DNA of 64,000 bases from Bugula neritina (taxonomy: Eukaryota > Animalia > Bryozoa). Below are positions 32,140-45,400 of this stretch, piece by piece (the first letter of the stretch is position 1; each line of letters opens with the position of its first letter). Where the stretch lies: positions 33,913,504 through 33,977,503 of the forward strand of contig OZ037765.1 of NCBI GenBank assembly GCA_964035545.1, written 5' to 3'. The translations under genes and the position numbers were made by a program. The notes under the pieces are model-generated. The model had not been told where the DNA came from and did not search any database. It worked only from the letters and a program-made list of their open reading frames with translations.

Positions 32140-35100
32140 AGACCATGTAAAACTCAGCCAATCAGCGAAGTGTACCAGGTCAATGTCTTACCATTGTAAC
32201 TGATATAAAATTCTGCAAGTTCAATTGCAAAATGCATGCTTCTAAAAGCTAGTTGTGCAACTTTTTTTTCATGCATTATTTAATTTCATATCTTAAATTG
32301 ATGACTCTTGAAATGAATTTTTAAAATGTCTAAATTAAGTGTTTATAAAATGCAATTAAAAATTTCATGTCTAGAAAAATGACCTGGTACACTTTTGCAA
32401 CTTAAGGCCAATTATTACATAACTGCCAGCTTAGTAGTTATTTGTTGTTGCAGCTTGAATGGGTTATTGTTTAGTATTGGAAGCTTGCAGTAAACATCTG
32501 TGAATTTGGTACATGACTTTGATTGGCTGGTTTTTGAATTGCCCTTTAGTATATGCATCTGGATGGCTAAGTAGTGTAGACTCCGCCTACATCTAGCTAA
32601 TGTACAGTAGCCAATCCACAGTAGTATTACAAAATTTCTGTTTAACAAATGAAATATTCTGGTCATTTGTCTTGTACTTTACAATAGTAAATATTCTATT
32701 CAACTAGAATTTTATTGTATGTGAGCCATGGGAACTACTAAGAGGTTCAATCCACTGAACTGAAACTATAGGGATTATAGTTCAATGGTTAAATCAACCA
32801 CCCATGCTAGTAATATTGTAGCTCGCAGTAATAGCAAGTCCACACCATATAAATATACACATAAGCTATTATGTGCAGCTTATGAATGCTGAAATGACCC
32901 CATTTCTTACCTTCAATTTGAAAAAAATTGTATTACATATTCTGCCACTTCTGCACCAGGAACTTGTTTTCCTTTTAAATTTTGAAAATAGTGGTCAGTT
33001 TCTGCAGCAGTCAACATCCACAATAAACAACGTAAGCTTTCAAATAAACTATAAATATATGAAATATTAGTGTGGAAACAATGTAATTTATTCAATGCTA
33101 TAATGAAAAATTATAAGAATATTATATAAAAGCTAGATATAGATTTCTAGTAAAATGGCACAGGTAAAAATAACACATTTTTACTTCAAATTTTAAATTT
33201 CATCAGTCACCAATGGTGGCTGTAGATTACAGAGAGCACAGCAAACTATCATAATCTTGTCTAATAGAGGTGCCAACACCAAGTTCACACCTCCAGGACC
33301 ATTTAAAATATTGAACTCCTTTATTCTTTTGATTGCTCTTTTGACATGGATTCGAAGGTTAGCAATCAACTTTGTTTGCAGTAACTGCCTTTTAGTCATT
33401 TGCAAATGGCCTCTTTTCCCAGGTGGTATGGCCAACTTGGCTCCAGCGCCTATAAGTTCTTTTTCAATAAGAAAGCCTCTATCTGCCATAACCACATCAC
33501 CTGGGTTTATGAAGTCTAAGAACCCAGAGTCATTCACTACACACTTGTCTTAGGCTCTACCTCCCATTCCATGCGAAATAAAGCAAATAGTGCCCTTGGG
33601 TGTAATTGCAACCAAATAATTGATAGTGTTGGTCTTTTTATACTCACTCCATGTTAAAGATTGAGCCAGCTTTGATTGAGGCTTACAAATGAATATTTCT
33701 GTGCAGTCTATAATGCACCTAATGTTAGCATATTGGCTTTGAAAGCTCAGAGGAATGTTCAGCTTCTCTCTTGTTGGAAAAACTATTAGATTGTTTAGTT
33801 CTCTTGCTAAAATATCTAATGTGTCTTTGAAGGTTTTGCTTGCTAGCAATTTAGAGATATAAAAAAGGCCAGCAAGCATTTGAAACTGTAAATCTTGACG
33901 CAGCTTCATCAAAGCCAATAAAAGTTTATCTTGTCTTGTTAACTTTTTTTCTGAAAGTGAGAACTTTCATTTTCGGACACATAAATCTAAATATAGTAAA
34001 CAAAGAATGAAAATTAAATTATGATTCAAATTATAATGTATGTGCTAAATAAATTTTGTGCTTAGTTTGTATTCATTCAGCAGTTTTTACCCTCTGGTAA
34101 GTAAGTAGCTTCAGTTATATTTTGCAAGAACTATGAAGTTCAAGAACTGCTAGTTGAAGGCTTGACCCAATATATCACCATCCAAACAGAATGTAATGTG
34201 TGTCAACATGTGTTACATAATACTGTAACAGTACATAATAAGCTAGTTGTATGAATACATCCTTTGAATGAAGTCATGAGTTTAAACAAATACTGTGGAC
34301 AAACAATTATTACTTCATTTTATAATTATACTATAACTAATTCAAACCCATATTATTTCTAGAATAGCATTTAATAATGTTTGTGAATAAGTAAAACTAG
34401 TAACAAGTGTAAACCATTTTAGTTTTAAACACTGAGTTAGTTTCAGCTAAAAATTAGATTAGGAGGCCACTTTTGATAAGCTTTAAAATAACCAAGGAAA
34501 ATTTAAGTCAAAACAATTTACTTTTCCTGGAGAAAGTGAGTCAATTTGTCCACAAATAAAATACTGCTGCTTGTTTGAATAAAACCCTAAACTAAATAAA
34601 TCAAAGCATGCAGATGACCACTGTGGTATTTATGAATATCTTACATAAAACAACATCTTTAATAAGAAATGCAACAAATTTAATTAAAATGACAGTTTTA
34701 CTACACATCAAATTTAATCAATGTACAAATTTTAGCATAGTGAGACTTGCATTGTTTATTTGTAATAAACCATAGTCTATCTTTGCAATAAGAAAATCAT
34801 AATTTTTACCTTGCTAAAAAATAGTATAGAGAACGTGTAAGAATTCCAGTATAGAATTTAGTTCGCTCATCTGTAGTGGCGAAAGTTTTAAAAACTTTTA
34901 CTTTTTCAAAAGTTGCTTTTTGTTTAAACTTGGAACTTTTTGAGCCTTTTCTTCCAACTTTTGATTTTCGTCTATCAATAGAATGTGCAGATCTTTTTTT
35001 CTGAGTAGTTGATGATTCTGGTAACTCAGTTACTTCTGATAAAGTCTGACTATGAGGATGGCTGTCAGATGAGTTCTGTTGCTCTATATCAGCTGACTCT

Positions 35101-36325
35101 GTTGAAGACGTATTTTGTTCGCTTCTTTCACATGTTTCATTAAAACCACTGTTTTTTTGTGCGTCTTACATTATATGCTTTAGTGCGTTGGTAACCCAAA
35201 TGAAGGGTTGGAGTTGGATTTTGCTCAGTGGGCTGACCATCCTTATGATTATGATTATGATAGTCTGCTGTGCTCTCTGTAATCTACAGCCATTATTGGT
35301 GACTGATGAAATTTAGAATTTGAAGTAAAAATGTGTTATTTTTACCTGTGCCATTTTACTAGAAATCTATATCTAGCTTTTATATAATATTCTTGTAATT
35401 TTTTCATTATAGCAATGAATAAATTACATTGTTTCCACACTAATATTTTATATATTTATAGTTTATTTGAAAGCTTACGTTGTTTATTGTGGATGTTGAG
35501 TGCTGCAGAAACTGACCACTATTTTCAAAATTTAAAAGGAAAACAAGTTCCTGGTGCAGAAGTGGCAGAATATGTAATACAATTTTTTTCAAATTGAAGT
35601 TAAGAAATGGGGTCATTTCAGCATTCATAAGCTGCACATAATAGCTTATGTGTATATTTATATGGTGTGGACTTGCTATTACTGCGAGCTACAATATTAC
35701 TAGCATGGGTGGTTGATTTAACCTCTTAGTAGTTCCCATGGCTCACATACAATAAAATTCTAGTTGAATAGAATATTTACTATTGTAAAGTACAAAACAA
35801 ATGACCAGAATATTTCATTTGTTAAACAGAAATTTTGTAATACTACTGTGGATTGGCTACTGTACATTAGCTAGATGTAGGCGGAGTCTACACTACTTAG
35901 CCATCCAGATGCATATACTAAAGGGCAATTCAAAAACCAGCCAATCAGTCATGTACCAAATTCACAGATGTTTACTGCAAGCTTCCAATACTAAACAATA
36001 ACCCATTCAAGCTGCAACAACAAATAACTACTAAGCTGGCAGTTATGTAATAATTGGCCTTAAGTTGCAAAAGTGTACCAGGTCATTTTTCTAGACATGA
36101 AATTTTTAATTGCATTTTATAAACACTTAATTTAGACATTTTAAAAAATCATTTCAAGAGTCATCAATTTAAGATATGAAATTAAATAATGCATGAAAAA
36201 AAAGTTGCACAACTAGCTTTTAGAAGCATGCATTTTGCAATTGAACTTGCAGAATTTTATATCAGTTACAATGGTAAGACATTGACCTGGTACACTTCGC
36301 TGATTGGCTGAGTTTTACATGGTCT
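32140..36325 (-). mobile_element. ISL2EU/PIF-Harbinger-group DNA transposon, fold-back derivative with about 1.1-kb inverted arms
   Basis: Termini AGACCATGT...ACATGGTCT. AT target duplication, confirmed by the empty site caacaATtagaatgg in sister repeat units (about 38497, about 44448). DDE_Tnp_4-type transposase inside. Confidence 0.9.
33193..33918 (-). pseudogene. DDE_Tnp_4 (ISL2EU/Harbinger-like) transposase with a nonsense codon
   Basis: LMKLR (HTH), IIDCTE, YKK.NT..YLVAITP.G, GGRA*D (TAA at 33552-33550, same frame), MADRGF, RIHVKRAI (catalytic E replaced by K). Confidence 0.9.
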
Positions 36326-38691
36326 ATTAGAATGGATCTCTAAGCATAAACAACTATGTCATTGATTTCATAATAGTATGTGGAGCAGGAATGTATATTA
36401 TGACACTAACTGGTAGTAGGTAACAAGTAGCAGGTAGTAGGTACCAAGTAGCAGGGAACAAGTAACATGTTATAGTAGGTAGCAGGTAGTAAGTAGTAGT
36501 TAACAGGTAGTAGGTAACAGGAAACAAGTAACAGGTAACAGGTTATAGCACTTAACATGTAGTAGGTAACAGGTAAGAGGACAATCATTTAAGGGAAACT
36601 ACATAATTATAGGGAAAATTTCCTAATAAAAGTTGATTTTAAGTATTTTGAACATTATGTTTATCTATTGAATATGAATTAATTTGTTACATCTGCTTCT
36701 ATTGGTTGAGTAAAAGGCTGCAACTATAGCATAGAAATGTTGTGTTACCAGCATATATTGTGTACCTCTAAGCTACACACTGCATGTGTTACTCTGTGAG
36801 TAAAATATGTGTCTCTCCTAACAAGTCTCAACAATACTAACCTCAGTACAACTTGCTGAGAACTAAAGTCTAAAACTTGCTTGAAACAGCTACTCTTTCT
36901 GTTTCTAGTTGAAACCTTTAGAAAAGCTTATTTGCATGATTAACTAAACTTTGCACATATTCAACTAATTATTCAACTATATACATTATTCAATATTATG
37001 ATAGTTTAAACATACTGTATTGTTGCTGATCTTGGTTTAGAAGAAGCTGCTACACTGAATCAGATATAAATATACTGTAAACAATGTTGATGAAAATCAC
37101 TGCTTTTAATTAGATTGAATATTTTTGCAGCTTTTTAATTCAGGTCACAGTTGTAAAAGAAAGTAAAAATTTCAAAACACATCTTACTAAAGTAAATAAT
37201 ATATTCAGCTTTAGTACAACAACTAGCTTTTATATAAGTTATATTTATCTTGTCAATAATTCTTAAATGTATTGAAAGTGTAATATCTCATACCACAACT
37301 TAATTATTAAAGAGTAAAATGTAGATTATTTATCTTTCATATAAGTTATGGACTTGACTAAATTATTAAAAATTTAGCTTTAGTATAAAATACATTATTT
37401 AATAATCTCCCATACTAGTTATATTACCAATCATGATACAATCTATAAATATATTTAAAAGTGTAATATCTGTTTATAATGAACTATTTATTAAATAAGA
37501 ATGACTAACTTACTCTCTGGTCACATCTCAGTATACTGACTCAGATGTTGTATAGCCATCTATATTACTGAGTAGATATAATTCCTGTAGCTCACTAACT
37601 GGACGCTGTTCAAGAAGAACACCCTAGCTATATTGAGCTATATTACTCAGAGTTGACTAGTAACAGCAATGGTTGCTAAGATACTATGATACAAACAGAC
37701 AATGGAATATTCTATCAATAGCAACTACTATTTTGCTCATTCTATAAGTTGTTTGAGGTTGTCACATTCATATTCAGTGTAATTGTAGACTGGCTTAATC
37801 AATATGTGCTGTGCTAGTCCTGAAGTGTATACACTTATGCATGCATTCAAATTGTGCAAACTGGGTGTCAGGTAAAAATGGTACCGGCAAAAATACTGGC
37901 ACAAGTAATAATGGCACAGGTAATAATGGCACAGGTAATAATGGCAAGGTAAAAATGGCAAAGGTGGCAAAGTAGGTAAAAATAGTACATTTTCAATATT
38001 GAGGTTTGGGTGGGGGTTGGGGGTTTGGAATGGGGGTTTTTGGATTTAGAAAATTTACCACCAGTGTGCCATTTTTACCTGTGTCATTTTTACTCGTGCC
38101 ATTTTTACCCGTGCCCTTTTTACCTGTGCCCTTTTTACCGGTACTATTTTTAACTAAAATTGTGCAAACTGATCAGGTTTGGAATTAGAGAGCATCTCTG
38201 GTCTAGGGGTTAGAGTGTTTGCCTATAAGTTAACACAAAGTCATGGGTTCGAACCGACAAAGGCCATTCATGATGCTAGGAAAAGCATTCAGTTATAATT
38301 GGCCCTGTGCCTCATCTGAGTAAGTCTATAGCCAAATTTAGCAAAAAAACCTTTTCCATCAGGGGCTTCTGACACGGATGAGCACTGTAAATTTTTGTGG
38401 ATTTTATTAGGTTTAGAATAATTGTGTTGATTCAAAGAGCTTTACTTTGACTGCTTTATATGTCAGCTACATACACCTGAAGGTTATTTTAATGTCAACA
38501 ATTAGAATGGATTTCTAAACATAAACAACTCTGTCATTGATTTCATGATAAAATGTGGAGCAGGCATGTATATTGTGACACTAACGGGTAGTAGGTAATA
38601 AGTAGCGGGTAGCAGGTAATAAGTAGCAGGTAGTAGGTACCAAGTAGCAGGGAACAAGTAACATGTTATAGTAGATAGCAGGTAGTAAGTA

Positions 38692-41600
38692 CACAGAGAG
38701 AAATATTAGTGCAGCGCTTGCACTAAAGTTGTTCAAAGAGCCTTTTATTGTCGGTATAGCCTGCACCACACCTCTAATAGTTGTTAGACCTGCACTTATT
38801 TTGATGAATTTGAAAATTAATCCGATTAGTGTAAGCTGAAAAATATTTTGTAGTAGCTCTGAAACCACTTAGTTGTTAGGTCAACGCTACTTTTCACAAG
38901 TATTACGTAATCATCATCCTTAGGTCTGAATCCCTAGGTCTTGAAGCTAAACAGTAGTTGATAGAAGCAGAAAGCGAGATCAACACTACAACTACATATG
39001 TTCAAGCAAAATTTTATTTACATAAGAATAATGGAACAATCGGCAGTTGTTCACCTAACAACATTATTCGTTCACATGTGCACTAATGATGATCACAAAC
39101 CTTTATAGGAAGCTAGGATAGAGTTGAACCCTACATTTCGGTCATTTCAATTGGTGCTTCCCAGTTAGATGCTATTTATATATTTTCTGTGCAATTTATT
39201 TGAATACTATTGAAATATATGTGTATTTAACTAAATTTGAGTCAATTGCTTTTTAAAATTGGCACACAAATAAATTTCCTTGCTCTGCATAAACCTATTA
39301 ATTTTGCATTTTCTATATTTTTTGTTTTTTGAGAAAATGGTATTATTAATGCATTTAATGCTTTTTTTCAACACAAATTTGGAAAAATTTAAATATTATT
39401 GCAAATATATCATATTAATGGTTATTTTATGTTTAGCAATTGATATGAAAGTTATATAAGGGTATATAGATATATAATACTTAGTACCAAAACAAAAAAT
39501 ACAACCTAACTGGGGAGCATATAAGTGGAATGAAACTCCTTCAACCTACTAGCTGTTTATGATTTCCAAATTTTTTTGAACCCAAGACATTTTCAAATAG
39601 CTTGTTACTAGACTACTATTAAACATTGCCCCACTCCGTTTATCAAAGACTTGAGTTGAATTTATCAACAAAAAAATTCAACTGCACATATCTCTTGCAT
39701 GGGTAGTTTAGGCTTCACTAGTCAATTTCATTCACGGAAAAGAAAGCCAATTAATTTAAAATGTGTGTAAAAGAGAAATCAGGGAGATGCACCATTAAAC
39801 CCCAATGTACTCAGTTATCAGCAAATGTGTTTCAAACAAGAAGCTTAAAATTAACAATAAAACAAGCTACTGAATAGTGAATTGTGGATCAGGTGAACCA
39901 CTTTAAAAGCCTTGTGTAAATTTGTGTAAACTACCTGGTGGAACAAAAGAAGATGTTGCATAACAGAGCTATAGTAAGGAAATATTTAAATTGTAATTCA
40001 AAGGCAAGAAACTGGCTTACCAAGCATTGAGAGAGCAAAACAAAGGTTATTACATAACAGCACATAGTTTTCAGTCACTGCTATTGACAGAAGAAATATT
40101 CTGCCGGCATAGTGAACACCAGAGGCTCAGACTAAGAGGTTGTGCTTTGAGATTCAGTGAATTTGTGCTTCCAAACAACCTCACAACATGGAAAACATTG
40201 AATCATTTCATCACATGGGTAAAGATTGCAGCTACCTCTCAGAGATAGAAGATGATCACTTTCTTTCAGAGTTAGGAACTGAAGTTGTCATTGCAGCAAA
40301 AGGTAAGCTCAATCATTTGCTTAACGTTGTCATTTTATATCACCATGACAGTATGACTATTGCTGTAGACAGATAATTGAATTTGTTCAACTATAACTTT
40401 TGAGAGACCACATTGACTGATATTTCCCAAACTACTCTATTCCTATATCGATTTGATATGAGTTTTCCTGTAACAATCTATTTTCAAAAAATTTAGCGTT
40501 TTATTTCCACTTCACCTTCTAGCAATTTGTGCTAAATTCATTAATTTGAATTCCCCCCCATTGTAGAAGTATTTTTAATAATGCAGTTTAGCAGCCTACA
40601 AGTAGTTATTAGCCTAAAGCAGCTGCCAAGCTAGCTTCTTGTTTTATAGCTAAGTACCAAAATGCAAATATTATTAGTGAGTTGGCAAAGTTGGCAAAAT
40701 TTTTTATTAACTTCCGTACTACCAGTTTATTCTTTTATTTATCTTTGCACAGCACAATTAAATATAAAAACATTTTTAAGTAGCAATATTTTTCTTGGTA
40801 GTACTTTATTTGTTTTTCAATTTATAGACATACTGAAACTTATCAATATCTGTTATCTCAATATGAGGGGTCCATATAAAATGCTGACTTCAGCTTAAAT
40901 TGTGGTTCACTGACATTTTGAGATAATTTTAATGCAGAGAAGCTTCTATTAACTAAACTAATTATGCCCAACAGCTCTTACATTTGTACTTAAGAGAGAA
41001 GTAAAATAAAATGATGGCCAAAATCGTTACTAAATTTTGATAAGCTCAAACTAACCCAAACACTACGCAACATAATGATCATAAGTTTGCCAAAGCCTGT
41101 ATGGTTATTCAGAATCAAACGATTGGTACGATGGTGCTGAAAATATGTTGAGAGATTCATTGCTAGCCTTATTGATACTATTAGTTTTGACCTTAGACTT
41201 CAGCTTCTACAAAATTGAACTTAATTTATTTACGCTGCTTGTGATTGTATATCTTAACCATATTTTCACTGTTCATACTAATACAGTGTAAATATTACAC
41301 AACTTTCATCTGTTGTTGTAGATCCCATACCATTTTTCAAAAACATGCACTTGAAGATGCTGAATAAGAGCACAAAAAAGAATTTGATCGCCACAGAACT
41401 TCGAACCATGCAGAGACCTTCAGCCTGCAAGCAGACGCACTCACCACTACATTACAAGCGTCACTGGGTGCTCTCGACACTACACCTCACCCACTTCTCA
41501 AGAACTCAGCTGCTCTTTTTTATACCACTCCTTCAAGCTTCCCTGACCACTCAACTCCTCTCGGAGTACTACCACACTTTACTAACCGCTGGAATTAGTT

Positions 41601-42444
41601 ATAAAACTCCCCCCCCCCCTTACTTGAGTTACTCTCACAGACCTCGGACTTGCACACAGGTGTGCTAACCATTACACACCACAACTGCTTGGTTATCGCT
41701 ACACTACAGAGCAAGAATGTAATGACACACACTATGGTCTTAGCAGGTTCTGCTAATATTGAGAAAAGTTAACTAAATTTACAGTCGTAGAAAAATTCTG
41801 CAAATGTTTATTTTTATGTTTTTTTTCTTATTTTAATCTTTAAAAGTTATTTTTTGTTGCATTTCTTATATTCAACTATCATATACAATAAAATCCATAT
41901 TACTATACTCTCATACTGGTTAGAAGTTATGACAAGTTAGTTCAGAGTGATCAGTAATAATTTTTGCAAAAGCTTATTTCCAACAAAAATTAGAGCAGCA
42001 TGGAACATTTATAAGTTCAGCTTTGAATATAACTTAGTTCAGCATTGAGCATATCTAAGATCATCATTGAACAGAAATGAGATCACCATTAAACATATAT
42101 AATATCACTATTGAACATAAATAAGATCACTATTAAACATATATAATATCACTATTGAGCATAAATAAGATCACCATTGAAAATATATAAGCTCACCATT
42201 GAACATATATAAGATCACCATTGAACATATATAAGATCACCATTGAACATAACTTGGCTCATTGTGATAAATACAAAGAATCAACTTCACAACTATTTAT
42301 ATCAACATTGATCTAACATACTATTCACTGTGAACAGTACCTGACACTAATTTCTATTCACTGCTAGTCAATTTAGGGATCCAAAAAACGAGAGGTTTTA
42401 GTTGTCAGCTAATGTTCACTCTAACACTAATATTTCTCTCTGTG
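38692..42444. mobile_element. Non-autonomous CACTA/EnSpm-like (CMC group) element
   Basis: Perfect 20-bp TIR CACAGAGAGAAATATTAGTG; TA duplication confirmed by the empty site ggtagtaagTAgtagttaac in sister units; subterminal 21-bp repeats at 42050-42250; no transposase ORF seen. Confidence 0.8.
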
Positions 42445-45400
42445 TAGTAGTTAACAGGTAGTAGGTAACAGGAAACAAGTAACAGGTAACAGGTTATAGC
42501 ACTTAACATGTAGTAGGTAACAGGTAAGAGGACAATCATTTAAGGGAAACTACATAATTATAGGGAAAATTTCCTAATAAAAGTTGATTTTAATTATTTT
42601 GACCATTCTGATTATTTATTGAATATGAATTAATTTGTTACAGCTGCTTCTATTGGTTGAGTAAAAGGCTGCAACTATAGCATAGAAATGTTGTGTTACC
42701 AGCATATATTGTGTACCTCTAAGCTACACACTGCATGTGTTACTCTGTGAGTAAAATATGTGTCTCTCCTAACAAGTCTCAACAATACTAACCTCAGTAC
42801 AACTTGCTGAGAACTAAAGTCTAAAACTTGCTTGAAACAGCTACTCTTTCTGTTTCTAGTTGAAACCTTTAGAAAAGCTTATTTGCATGATTAACTAAAC
42901 TTTGCACATATTCAACTAATTATTCAACTATATACATTATTCAATATTATGATAGTTTAAACATACTGTATTGTTGCTGATCTTGGTTTAGAAGAAGCTG
43001 CTACACTGAATCAGATATAAATATACTGTAAACAATGTTGATGAAAATCACTGCTTTTAATTAGATTGAATATTTTTGCAGCTTTTTAATTCAGGTCACA
43101 GTTGTAAAAGAAAGTAAAAATTTCAAAACACATCTTACTAAAGTAAATAATATATTCAGCTTTAGTACAACAACTAGCTTTTATATAAGTTATATTTATC
43201 TTGTCAATAATTCTTAAATGTATTGAAAGTGTAATATCTCATACCACAACTTAATTATTAAAGAGTAAAATGTAGATTATTTATCTTTCATATAAGTTAT
43301 GGACTTGACTAAATTATTAAAAATTTAGCTTTAGTATAAAATACATTATTTAATAATCTCCCATACTAGTTATATTACCAATCATGATACAATCTATAAA
43401 TATATTTAAAAGTGTAATATCTGTTTATAATGAACTATTTATTAAATAAGAATGACTAACTTACTCTCTGGTCACATCTCAGTATACTGACTCAGATGTT
43501 GTATAGCCATCTATATTACTGAGTAGATATAATTCCTGTAGCTCACTAACTGGACGCTGTTCAAGAAGAACACCCTAGCTATATTGAGCTATATTACTCA
43601 GAGTTGACTAGTAACAGCAATGGTTGCTAAGATACTATGATACAAACAGACAATGGAATATTCTATCAATAGCAACTACTATTTTGCTCATTCTATAAGT
43701 TGTTTGAGGTTGTCACATTCATATTCAGTGTAATTGTAGACTGGCTTAATCAATATGTGCTGTGCTAGTCCTGAAGTGTATACACTTATGCATGCATTCA
43801 AATTGTGCAAACTGGGTGTCAGGTAAAAATGGTACCGGCAAAAATACTGGCACAAGTAATAATGGCACAGGTAATAATGGCACAGGTAATAATGGCAAGG
43901 TAAAAATGGCAAAGGTGGCAAAGTAGGTAAAAATAGTACATTTTCAATATTGAGGTTTGGGTGGGGGTTGGGGGTTTGGAATGGGGGTTTTTGGATTTAG
44001 AAAATTTACCACCAGTGTGCCATTTTTACCTGTGTCATTTTTACTCGTGCCATTTTTACCCGTGCCCTTTTTACCTGTGCCCTTTTTACCGGTACTATTT
44101 TTAACTAAAATTGTGCAAACTGATCAGGTTTGGAATTAGAGAGCATCTCTGGTCTAGGGGTTAGAGTGTTTGCCTATAAGTTAACACAAAGTCATGGGTT
44201 CGAACCGACAAAGGCCATTCATGATGCTAGGAAAAGCATTCAGTTATAATTGGCCCTGTGCCTCATCTGAGTAAGTCTATAGCCAAATTTAGCAAAAAAA
44301 CCTTTTCCATCAGGGGCTTCTGACACGGATGAGCACTGTAAATTTTTGTGGATTTTATTAGGTTTAGAATAATTGTGTTGATTCAAAGAGCTTTACTTTG
44401 ACTGCTTTATATGTCAGCTACATACACCTGAAGGTTATTTTAATGTCAACAATTAGAATGGATTTCTAAACATAAACAACTCTGTCATTGATTTCATGAT
44501 AAAATGTGGAGCAGGCATGTATATTGTGACACTAACGGGTAGTAGGTAATAAGTAGCGGGTAGCAGGTAATAAGTAGCAGGTAGTAGGTAACAAGTAGCA
44601 GGGAATAAGTAACATGTTATAGTAGGTAGCAGGTAGTAAGTAGTAGTTAACAGGTAGTAGGTAACAGGAAACAAGTAACAGGTAACAGGTTATAGCACTT
44701 AACATGTAGTAGGTAACAAGTAGCAGGGAATAAGTAACATGTTATAGTAGGTAGCAGGTAGCAAGTAGTAGTTAACAGGTAGTAGGTAACAGGAAACAAG
44801 TAACAGGTAACAGGTTATAGCACTTAACATGTAGTAGGTAACAAGTAGCAGGGAATAAGTAACATGTTATAGTAGGTAGCAGGTAGCAAGTAGTAGGTGA
44901 CAGGTAGTAGGTAACAGGAAACAAGTAACAGGTAACAGGTTATAGCACTTAACATGTAGTAGGTAACAGGTAAGAGGACAATTATTTAAGGGAAACTACA
45001 TAATTATAGGGAAAATTTCCTAATAAAAGTTTATTTTAATTATTTTGACCATTCTGATTATTTATTGAATATGAATTAATTTGTTACAGCTGCTTCTATT
45101 GGTTGAGTAAAAGGCTGCAACTAGTATAGAAATGTTGTGTTACCAGCATATATTGTGCACCTCTAAGCTACACACTGCATGTGTTACTCTGTGAGTAAAA
45201 TATGTGTCTCTCCTAACAAGTCTCAACAATACTAACCTCAGTACAACTTGCTGAGAACTAAAGTCTAAAACTTGCTTGAAACTGCTACTCTTTCTGTTTC
45301 TAGTTGAAACCTTTAGAAAAGCTTATTTGCATGATTAACTAAACTTTGCACATATTCAACTAATTATTCAACTATATACATTATTCAATATTATGATAGT

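Noticed and set aside
38692-38711. CACAGAG terminus as a RAG/Transib recombination signal driving LRR rearrangement
   Set aside because: The TSD is 2 bp rather than the 5 bp of Transib, there is no nonamer, and no such motifs flank the LRR cassettes.
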